A DNA stretch of 64,000 nt. Source: Clostridia bacterium. GTDB taxonomy: Bacteria > Bacillota > Clostridia > Oscillospirales > RGIG8002. Under the pieces are notes generated by a model. That model did not search any database. It saw only the letters and a program-made list of their open reading frames with translations, and was not told the origin of the DNA. Positions within the stretch are counted from its first letter, which is position 1. Each line of letters opens with the position of its first letter. This document shows, piece by piece, positions 8,310 through 16,600 of this stretch. Made by a program: the position numbers and the translations under genes. The stretch is taken from the NCBI GenBank assembly GCA_017620395.1, contig JAFZQJ010000032.1, positions 21,594 to 85,593 of the forward strand, in the 5' to 3' direction.

Positions 8310-9938
8310 TCAGCCGTTTATCTGCGCTTCGACGAGGGATTCGCCGCAGTACTTCTCGCGCAGGCGCGGCTTCTCGATCTTGCCGGTCGGGTTGCGCGGG
8401 ACCTTGTCGAAAATCACCTTGCGCGGACGCTTGTAGCGCGGGAGCTCCGCGCAGAAGGCGTTTATCTCCTCCTCGTCGGCGGTCTCGCCCGGCTTCAGCT
8501 CGATTATCGCCGCGGCGATCTCGCCGAGGCGCTTGTCGGGAAGCCCGATGACCGCGACGTCCTTAATCTTGTTGTTGGCGCGCAGGAAGTCCTCGATCTG
8601 AACGGGATAGAGGTTCTCGCCGCCGGTGATGATGACGTCCTTCTTGCGGTCGACGAGGAAGATGAAGCCGTCCTCGTCCTCGCGCGCCATATCGCCGGTG
8701 AAGAGCCAGCCGTCGCGCAGGACCGCGTTCGTGGCGTCCTCGTCCTTGTAATAGCAGGTCATGACGCCGTCGCCCTTAACGCAGAGCTCGCCGACGTCGC
8801 CCTGTTTGACGGGCTCGCCGTGTTCGTCGACTATCTTTATCTGCCAGCCGTAGCCCGCCTTGCCGATCGCGCCGACCTTGTGGATGTTCTCCACGCCGAG
8901 GTGTACGCAGCCGGGGCCGATGGACTCCGAGAGGCCGTAGTTGGTGTCGTATTCATGATTCGGGAAGACCTTCTTCCAGCGGCGGATGAGGCTCGGCGGA
9001 ACGGGCTGCGCTCCGATGTGCATGAGCCGCCACTGCGAAAGCTCGTATTTGCTCAGGTCGATCTCGCCGCGGTCGATCGCGTCGAGGATGTCCTGCGCCC
9101 ACGGCACGAGCAGCCAGACGATCGTCGCCTTCTCGTCGCTGACAGCCTTGATGATCCATTCCGGCTTTATGCCGCGCAGGAGCACCGCCTTGCTGCCGGA
9201 GTAGAGGCTGCCGAACCAGTGCATCTTCGCGCCCGTGTGGTAAAGCGGCGGGATGCAGAGGAAGCAGTCGCCGCGCTGCTGGCCGTGGTGGTTCTGCTCG
9301 ACCTTCGCGGAGTGTGTCAGCGAAGCGTGCTTGTGCAGTATCGCCTTCGGGAAGCCGGTGGTGCCGCTTGAGAAGTATATCGCGGCGAAATCATCGTCCG
9401 TCAGCTTCACGTCCGGCTTCGCCGCCGGCATATCCTTGACCAGATGCGAATACGGCTCCGCGAAGCCGGGGCATCCGTCGCCGACGAAGATGAAGTCCTT
9501 TATGCGCGGGATGTGCTCGCAGATGCTCTCCAGACGGCCGATGAACTCGCTGCCGAAAACGATGGCGTCGCAGTCGGCGAGCTCAACGCAGTATTTAATC
9601 TCGTCCGCGGTGTAGCGGAAATTCAGCGGCACGGCGATGCTCCCCGCCTTGAGTATGCCGAAGTAGACGGGCAGCCATTCGAGGCAGTTCATCAGCAGGA
9701 TGGCGATCTTCGCGCCCTGCAGACCGCGCTCGATGATGAGGTTGGCGAAGCGGTTGGCGTGTTCGTCGAACTCGCGCCATGTCATCTCGCGGCGGTAGCT
9801 CTCGGCGGTCGGGTTCTCTACCAGCTCGTATTCGCGCCAAGTGACGCGCTTTTCGCGCAGCTCCGGGTTTATCTCGACGAGCGCGACCTCGTCGCCGTAG
9901 AGCGCGGCGTTTCTTTCAAGCAGTTCGGTAATGGGCAT
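8310..9938 (-). CDS. AMP-dependent acyl-CoA synthetase/ligase
   Basis: AMP-binding signature IYFSSGTTGFPKAI and C-terminal GKIEKPRLR. Start moved to MPITELLERNAALYG (ATG 9936-9938). The 93-codon N-terminal extension in the ORF track is Arg/Ala-rich shadow sequence. Confidence 0.8.
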   Translation of the reverse strand: MPITELLERNAALYGDEVALVEINPELREKRVTWREYELVENPTAESYRREMTWREFDEHANRFANLIIERGLQGAKIAILLMNCLEWLPVYFGILKAGSIAVPLNFRYTADEIKYCVELADCDAIVFGSEFIGRLESICEHIPRIKDFIFVGDGCPGFAEPYSHLVKDMPAAKPDVKLTDDDFAAIYFSSGTTGFPKAILHKHASLTHSAKVEQNHHGQQRGDCFLCIPPLYHTGAKMHWFGSLYSGSKAVLLRGIKPEWIIKAVSDEKATIVWLLVPWAQDILDAIDRGEIDLSKYELSQWRLMHIGAQPVPPSLIRRWKKVFPNHEYDTNYGLSESIGPGCVHLGVENIHKVGAIGKAGYGWQIKIVDEHGEPVKQGDVGELCVKGDGVMTCYYKDEDATNAVLRDGWLFTGDMAREDEDGFIFLVDRKKDVIITGGENLYPVQIEDFLRANNKIKDVAVIGLPDKRLGEIAAAIIELKPGETADEEEINAFCAELPRYKRPRKVIFDKVPRNPTGKIEKPRLREKYCGESLVEAQING

Positions 9939-9978
9939 TTTTATCAAACCTTTCGGCGGACGGAGAGTCCGCGTATTT

Positions 9979-10917
9979 TTATAATTGCGAAAGCGCGTCG
10001 GAAACGACGCTTTCGAGTTCGGAGTAAGTTTCCACGAGGCTGCCGCGGCGGCGAAGCTCAGCGGCGCCGCGCATTCCGCGCAGGTACCAGCCCGCGTGGG
10101 TGCGCGCCTGACGCAGCGCGAGGAACTCGCCCTTCTGCTCAACGGCGAGCCGCGTCTGGCGCAGAAAAAGCTCCAACCGCTCGGCGTCCGACGCGGGCGC
10201 TCCGCCCGCGATCTCACGGAATATCAGCGGATTGCCGAGCGCTCCGCGCGCGACCATTACGGCGGCGCAGCCGGTGCGCGCGAACATTTCCGCGCAGTCG
10301 GCGGCGGAGTTCACCCCGCCGTTGCCGACGACGAATACGCCGTCTTCGGCGGCGCATGCCGCTATCGTTTCAAAATCGACCGGCGCGGAGTAGCCGCCCG
10401 CGCGGGTGCGTCCGTGGACGGCGACGGCGGCGACGCCGCATTCGCGCGCCATGCGGACGTATTCGGGAGCGACTACGTGTTCGCCGTCCCAGCCGGTGCG
10501 TATCTTTACGCTGACGGGCAGCGGCGACGCTTTGACCGCCGCTTCCATTATCCTGCCCGCGAGGGCCGGATCGCGCAGCAGCGCGGAGCCGTCTCCGCCT
10601 CCGGTGACCTTCGGCACGGGGCAGCCCATATTCAGATCGATGAAGTCGGGCGCGTATTCGGCGGCGCGTTTCACGCCCTCCGCGATTATCTCCGGCTCTG
10701 AGCCGAAAAGCTGTATGCCGCAGGGACGCTCGGCGTCCCTTATGAACATCAGTCCGGCGGTGCTTTTGTCCCCGTAGTGCAGCGCCTTCGCGGAGACCAT
10801 CTCCGTCACGGCGCAGGCGGCGCCCGATTCGGCGCAGACGGTGCGGAAGGCGGAATCGCCCACCCCCGCCATCGGCGCGAGCACGGCCCTGCCGCGCAGG
10901 GACTCAAAGCTGAACAC
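9979..10917 (-). CDS. dus: tRNA-dihydrouridine synthase
   Basis: LAPMAGVGDSAFR, IDLNMGCP and VAVHGRT motifs of the Dus family. Confidence 0.8.
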   Translation of the reverse strand: MFSFESLRGRAVLAPMAGVGDSAFRTVCAESGAACAVTEMVSAKALHYGDKSTAGLMFIRDAERPCGIQLFGSEPEIIAEGVKRAAEYAPDFIDLNMGCPVPKVTGGGDGSALLRDPALAGRIMEAAVKASPLPVSVKIRTGWDGEHVVAPEYVRMARECGVAAVAVHGRTRAGGYSAPVDFETIAACAAEDGVFVVGNGGVNSAADCAEMFARTGCAAVMVARGALGNPLIFREIAGGAPASDAERLELFLRQTRLAVEQKGEFLALRQARTHAGWYLRGMRGAAELRRRGSLVETYSELESVVSDALSQL

Positions 10918-10919
10918 GG

Positions 10920-12116
10920 TTATTTACCGAGCACCAGCGCCTCGCATTCGCGGGCGATGGCGAGCTCTTCGTTGGTGGGTATGATGAAGGTGCGGACGGT
11001 CGCGCCCTCGGCGGAAATATCTATCTCCCTGCCGCGGACGGCGTTCTTCTCCGGGTCAATCTTTATGCCGAGGAACTCGAGCCCCTCGCAGACTCCGGCG
11101 CGGCAGGAAGCGTCGTTCTCGCCGATGCCGGCGGTGAAGACGACGGCGTCGATACCGCCCATCGCGGCGGCGTAGGCGCCTATGTACTTCTTGACCTGGT
11201 ATCTGAACTCGTCAAGCACGAGGCGGGCGCGGTCGTTGCCGTCCTCGACGGCGGAGTGCAGGTCGCGCGAGTCGCTGGAAACGCCGGAAAGCCCGAGGAA
11301 GCCGGACTCCTTGTTGCAGAGGCGGACCATATCGGCGGGAGACTTGTTCTCCTTCTCCATTACTCTGAATATCGCCATCGGGTCGATGTCGCCGGTGCGG
11401 GTGCCCATGATGACGCCGCCGAGCGGAGTGAAGCTCATGGAGGTGTCGACGGACTTGCCGCCGTCGACCGCGGTTATCGAGGAGCCGTTGCCGAGGTGGC
11501 AGGTGACTATCTTCAGCTCGGAAATATCACGTCCCATCAGCTCGGCGCAGCGGCCGGCGACGTACTTGTGGCTCGTGCCGTGCGCGCCGTAGCGGCGGAT
11601 GGCGTACTTCTCGTAGTATTCGTAGGGCAGGCCCAGCATGTAGGCGTAGTCGGGCATCGTCTGGTGGAAGGAGGTGTCGAACACCGCGACCATCGGCTTG
11701 TCGCCGAAGCACTTGCGGCACGCCCACATTCCCTGCGCGGCGGCGTAGTTGTGAAGCGGCGCGATCTCGCCGAGGTCGTAGATGCGCTGGATCTTCTCGT
11801 CGTCGAGGATGACGGGCTTCGGGAAAACCTCCGCGCCCTGAACGACGCGGTGCGCGATCGCGTCGATCTCACCGGGGTCGGAGATGACGCCGTATTCGCT
11901 GCCGGTAAGCAGCTCGATGACGGCTTCCATCGCCTGCTCGTGATTCGCCATCACTCTGTCGGCTTCGTAAACTCTGCCGTCGGAGGCGGTGTGCTTGAGG
12001 TGTCCGCCGATGCCGATGCGTTCGCAGAGGCCCTTAGCGGAGACGCTGCCGTCCTCCATGTTGATAAGCTGATATTTCAGGGATGAGCTGCCGGTGTTGA
12101 CTACCAGAATAAGCAT
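10920..12116 (-). CDS. ackA: acetate kinase
   Basis: MLILVVNTGSSSLKYQL N-terminus, AHRVVQGAE and VFTAGIGEN motifs. Start chosen at 12116 (AGGAG RBS 8 nt upstream) rather than ORF-track 12164. Confidence 0.9.
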   Translation of the reverse strand: MLILVVNTGSSSLKYQLINMEDGSVSAKGLCERIGIGGHLKHTASDGRVYEADRVMANHEQAMEAVIELLTGSEYGVISDPGEIDAIAHRVVQGAEVFPKPVILDDEKIQRIYDLGEIAPLHNYAAAQGMWACRKCFGDKPMVAVFDTSFHQTMPDYAYMLGLPYEYYEKYAIRRYGAHGTSHKYVAGRCAELMGRDISELKIVTCHLGNGSSITAVDGGKSVDTSMSFTPLGGVIMGTRTGDIDPMAIFRVMEKENKSPADMVRLCNKESGFLGLSGVSSDSRDLHSAVEDGNDRARLVLDEFRYQVKKYIGAYAAAMGGIDAVVFTAGIGENDASCRAGVCEGLEFLGIKIDPEKNAVRGREIDISAEGATVRTFIIPTNEELAIARECEALVLGK

Positions 12117-12165
12117 TTTATCTTTCTCCTGTTCATTTTTCCGCTTTCGCGAAATTTTTTTCATA

Positions 12166-12210
12166 CTTTACTATTGTAACTCAAATTGAAATAGTTTACA
12201 ATAGTAAAAG
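12166..12210. promoter_or_regulatory. inverted repeat in the divergent ackA / tmcAL control region
   Basis: CTTTACTATTGTAA (12166-12179) and TTACAATAGTAAAAG (12196-12210), arms of 11-13 matching bp, in an AT-rich 138-nt gap. Confidence 0.45.
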
Positions 12211-12254
12211 ATAAAAAAACTGCGCCGAAACCGGCGATTTTTCGGGAGACGCCA

Positions 12255-13400
12255 ATGATAACGGGAATCATAGCGGAATACGATCCTTTCCACAAGGGGC
12301 ACGCGTTCCTCGCCGCGAAGGCGCGGGAGGCGGGAGCCGGCTGCGTCGCCGCCGTCATGAGCGGCAACGTCACGCAGCGGGGCGAGTTCGCCTGCTTCGG
12401 CAAGCGCGAACGCGTCCGCGCCGCGCTGGAATGCGGGATAGACCTCTGCATCGAGCTGCCCGCGCCGTGGGCGTGCGCCTCCGCCGCGGACTTCGCGCGG
12501 GGCGGCGTTTCGCTGCTGCGCGCGTGCGGCGCGGACACGCTGCTTTTCGGCAGCGAAAGCGGCGACGCGGACGCGCTCAAACGCGCCGCCGAAGCGGTGC
12601 GCCGCGCCGACGGCGAGGCCGTCAGGAGCGCGGTAAGGCGCGGGCTGACCTACCCCGACGCGCTCGCGGAGAGCGTCGGCGGTGAGGCCGCTTCCCTGCT
12701 CGCAGGGCCGAACAACCTGCTCGGGATCGAATATATCAACGCCGCCGCGGAGCTCGCGCCGGATATGAGTATAACCACCGTCAGGCGCGCCGGCGCCGGA
12801 CACGGCGAAGGAGAAAACGGCTGCTTCGCTTCCGCCGGCTTCATACGCGGAAAAGCGCGCGAGGGAAAGGACTTCGCCCGCCTGCTCCCCGACGGCTGCG
12901 CGGAGATCTTCGCCGACTCGCCGGTCTCCGACCCCGCCGCCGCCGACCGCACGCTGCTGCACCTGCTTCGCGGAATGAGCGCGGAGGATATCGCCGAGAT
13001 CGACGGCGTGACCGAGGGGCTGGAAAACCGCGTAGTGAAAGCCGCCGCCGGGGCGGAACGCTTCGCCGACGTCGCGGCGCTGGTCAAGTCCAAGCGCTAC
13101 ACGCTGGCGCGTATACGCCGCCTACTGCTGCGCTGTCTGATCGGGATAAAGCGCGGGACGCTCCCGCCGCTGCCGCCCTACGTCCGCGTGCTCGGGCTGA
13201 ACGGGCGCGGCGCGCAGGCGCTGAACGCGATAAAGAAGACCGTTCCGCTGCTGACGAAGCCCGCGGACTTCGATAAGCTCGACGCCGACGGGCGGACGGT
13301 TTTCGCGTATGAGCTGAAAGCCGCGGATCTCTACGCGCTGACGCTCCCGCCCGCCCCCGCCGGCGCGGAGATGCGCTACACGCCCGTGGTGGTGAAATAG
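12255..13400 (+). CDS. tmcAL: tRNA(Met) cytidine acetate ligase (UPF0348/YlbM nucleotidyltransferase family)
   Basis: GIIAEYDPFHKGHAFL N-terminal HxGH-type motif and GNVTQRGE, with overall length typical of TmcAL. Confidence 0.7.
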   Translation: MITGIIAEYDPFHKGHAFLAAKAREAGAGCVAAVMSGNVTQRGEFACFGKRERVRAALECGIDLCIELPAPWACASAADFARGGVSLLRACGADTLLFGSESGDADALKRAAEAVRRADGEAVRSAVRRGLTYPDALAESVGGEAASLLAGPNNLLGIEYINAAAELAPDMSITTVRRAGAGHGEGENGCFASAGFIRGKAREGKDFARLLPDGCAEIFADSPVSDPAAADRTLLHLLRGMSAEDIAEIDGVTEGLENRVVKAAAGAERFADVAALVKSKRYTLARIRRLLLRCLIGIKRGTLPPLPPYVRVLGLNGRGAQALNAIKKTVPLLTKPADFDKLDADGRTVFAYELKAADLYALTLPPAPAGAEMRYTPVVVK

Positions 13401-13461
13401 CGTTCGCGAAGCGAACTCTTAACTGACGCGAAGCGTCATCAAAGTTCAAAACTCATAACTA
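13401..13461 (-). repeat. family C repeat (about 62 nt, two hairpins), copy abutting the tmcAL stop
   Basis: The reverse complement is about 85 % identical by eye to 18345-18407. Contains GTTCGC-gaa-GCGAAC and TGACGC-gaa-GCGTCA hairpins and AACTCATAACT words. Confidence 0.7.
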
Positions 13462-13468
13462 AAAGAAA

Positions 13469-13490
13469 CCCCCGCCCTTTCGGACGGGGG
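13469..13490 (+). terminator. GC hairpin, weak terminator candidate downstream of tmcAL
   Basis: CCCCCGCC-cttt-CGGACGGGGG followed by TTCAGTTT. Confidence 0.4.
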
Positions 13491-13558
13491 TTCAGTTTAG
13501 AGTTTAGAGCTATAATCGCCCTTCGGGCGAGTTATGAGTTTGTGCGCGTGAGGTGTGG

Positions 13559-13583
13559 GATCCCTCGCTTCGCTCGGGATGAC
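13559..13583 (-). repeat. family B repeat core (GATCCxTCGCTTCGCTCxGGATGAC)
   Basis: gatccctcgcttcgctcgggatgac. Same core as at 26722-26789, 18826-18927 and inside the CDS at 33300-33330 and 33510-33538. Confidence 0.7.
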
Positions 13584-13602
13584 AGGCGCCGCCGCGCGGC
13601 TA

Positions 13603-13658
13603 CACCTCATCCGTCAGCGCCAAAGGCGCTGCCACCTTCCCCTCAAGGGGAAGGCTTG
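13603..13658 (+). repeat. family A repeat (box1 - variable hairpin - palindromic box2)
   Basis: CACCTCATCCGTC + AGCGCC-aaa-GGCGCT + GCCACCTTCCCCTCAAGGGGAAGGCTTG. Near-identical boxes occur at 20274-20331. Confidence 0.8.
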
Positions 13659-13683
13659 TTACGCTTCTGCGTAACTGCGCGCC

Positions 13684-16600
13684 TTACAGCGCTACGTTCT
13701 CGATGACGAGCACGCCGTCGTAGCCGACGGTGCCGACGTAGTTGACGGGCTCGCCGTCGATGAAGAACCAGACGCTCACGGTCTGGCCCGCGAGCTTCGC
13801 GCCGACGTAGGACGTGACGGTGACGGCGCCGTTATAGGCCTCGTCCGCCGCTTCGCCGCCGATCGTGAAGACGATGGTCTTCAGCAGCACGAGCCTGGTC
13901 ATTCCGCTGTCGTCCTTCTTGGAGGCGCGGAGCAGCGCGAGGTACGCGCTCTGCGAATAGGCTATGTCGGTCAGCTCGATCTCGACGTTCTGCGCGAACT
14001 CGGCGTCGAAGGTCAGGCCGCTCGCGGTATCCTCGATCGACTGCGGCTCGAAGGGCGCGGGATCGACGACGACGGCGAGGCGGGTCGTGAAGCCCTCGTA
14101 CAGATCGGCGTAGATGCCGGTCGGGGTGAAGGTCAGCTCGAAGGAGCTGCCGCTCTGCGCGGAGGTCGGCTGCGCGGCGGGAGTTGCCCACGCCCAGACG
14201 CCTTCGATATCGCCGGTGTCGCCGCCGGTCAGGGTCGCTTCCGCGAGAGTCTGCGGATACGTGACGTGAGCGGCGGTCGGGAGCGTATAGTTTTTGATAA
14301 CGCCCTTGCCGATAAGGCCGGTGAAGTCGCTCGTGACGGCGTCGTTCGCCTCGGCGCTGTAAAGTTCCGCGCGGACGGACTTGCCGATCTCGGCGGCGGT
14401 CAGCGTGTAGGTCTCGCCGGTGCCGAGCAGGTCGCCGTCTTCGTTATACCATCTGACGACCGCGTCGGTGATGAAGGCCGGGACGTCGATCGCGGCGGCG
14501 GTCAGCGTTTCGCCGTACTTCTCGACGCCGCTGATCGTGATCTGCGTGTTGGCGTCGAAGACGAAGAGCGCCTTGTAATCCGCTTCCGCGCCGAGCAGCG
14601 TCGTGTAGTTGGTGACGAGCGTCTGCTGCTCGGGAGTCAGAGCGTTGTAGCCCGCTCTCGCGGCGTCGATCTTCGCCTTCTGATCGGCGAGGACTTCGGT
14701 CACGGGACCGATGGCGTCGATCGCCGCGATGACCGCGTCGAGCGCCTCGTCGTGAGCGACGACCACGGTAACAAGCACCGCGTCGGTGTCGTTATGGTTC
14801 GCGTCGCCCGCGACCTTGTACCAGACGTAATAGGTATCGGGGTCGGTCGCCTCGGGGATGGAATCGCCGAAGGTTCCGGGCGCCGCGGCGGTGCCGAGCG
14901 CGTACTGCATCGTGCCGCCGACGGCTTCGCCGGTGACGGCCAGGAGCGCGTGGGCGGTTCCGTCGAAGGTCCATTCGATCGCGGTGACGGTCGCGGCGGA
15001 GGAGGCCGCCTTGCCGACGGAAACGGTCACGTTGACGTGCTCGACGACGTTGTAGTTATCGGTATCGTTCGGGGTGAACTTCGCCTTGAAGACGTTGCTG
15101 CCGGCGTTGCCGACGGGGGTCGTCAGGTCGGCTTCCCAGGTCCAGCCGTCGGGCAGCGAAACGCTGCTGAGCGCGTCGCCGTAGGTAGCGGTCAGACCTG
15201 TAGGCGCAGTGTATGTCGGGTCAGCCTTTGCTACCGTGAACTTCCAGCTTGAATCATACAGAACAGCAGAAGCTGCGTAGTAGTTGTCGCCTTCGTTTAC
15301 CGTAATTCCAACATAGTAGGTGCCAGCGTTTTTCGCATAATCAACCTCGTTTGTGCGTGCTGCATCGCTGTAATACCTCACTGTCGCGTCGCCCATGCCG
15401 TCAACGCCGTCCTGAGGAATAACAGTAGCCATTTTGTTATTTCCGTTATAATTCAGATTATCCGGTTCGCTGAAAATAAAGTCATTGGCGGTCGGGTTTG
15501 CCTTCGCGATCGTGTATACAACGTAAGCGGTCGCGTTTTGAATCTTGATCTCCGCCCAGTAGGTGCCCGCGCCGGCGGGCGAGGGGAGCGGCAGGCCGTC
15601 CTTCAGAATTTCCATGCCGTCTATCTTGGTATTGTAATACTGAATGGCATTCTCGGAAACCGAAAGACCGGTGGCGGCGTTGAACGCGTCAACTCCCTCA
15701 AGCGTCGCGCTCGCGCTCTCGGCGCCGCCGTAGGTGGTCAGCGCGGGAGCATGGATGACTATGAACGCGCCGTTGGAATGATATTCACAGCCATTGTGTG
15801 AGCACGTGGCGATGATAGTTTCGTTCAATCCCGCATAGCTGAAGTCGTGTCCCGTCGCGGGCGACGTTTCAACGTTTGGTTTTGTCTGCGTGGTAAATCC
15901 GTCTTTGGTGAAGGTCGCCGTATAGGTCGCGAGTTCCGCAGTCGTGCAGGTCGCCGCAGCGGTTACCTGGCTTGTGGTGTCAACGGTCTCGGAAACTTGT
16001 TTTCCGCAGATTACGCAGCTGTGCGACGCCGTCACCGTGCTGTTGTCACCGCTCCAGGTGTAAGTCGCTTCGCCCCACGTATGGTTCTGATGATCCGATT
16101 CCGCGTTGCATCTGCTGCAGTGCCTCCAATGTTCGGTTTCGTTGGAGCTGTACGGCACGTTTTCGTAGTTGTGTCCGAGCGCCGGTCCCGTTTGAACGCC
16201 GGATTTTACTTGCTGGACAAATCCGTCTTTGGTGAAGTTCGCAGTATAGGTCGTGCGTTCCGGCTCCGTGCAGTTCGCCCCGCTTACCGAGGCGGTGGTG
16301 TTAACGGTCTCGGAAACTTGTTTTCCGCACTGTGTGCAGCCGTGCGACGCCGTCACCGTGCTGTTGTTATCACCCCAAACGTAGAGCGCGCTGCCCCACG
16401 TATGGTTCTGTTTCTCCGAATCCTCGCTGCATCTGGCGCAAACTTTCCAATGCTGGGTATCGTCGGAGCTGTACGCCACGTTTTCGTAGTTGTGTCCGAG
16501 AGCCTGGATGACCCAACTGTTTTCCGCGATCTCGGTCTCGCCGTTCTCGTCGGAGAAATACTTGTTGCAGTCCTGGCAGTACCAGTAAGCGCTGTTGCCC

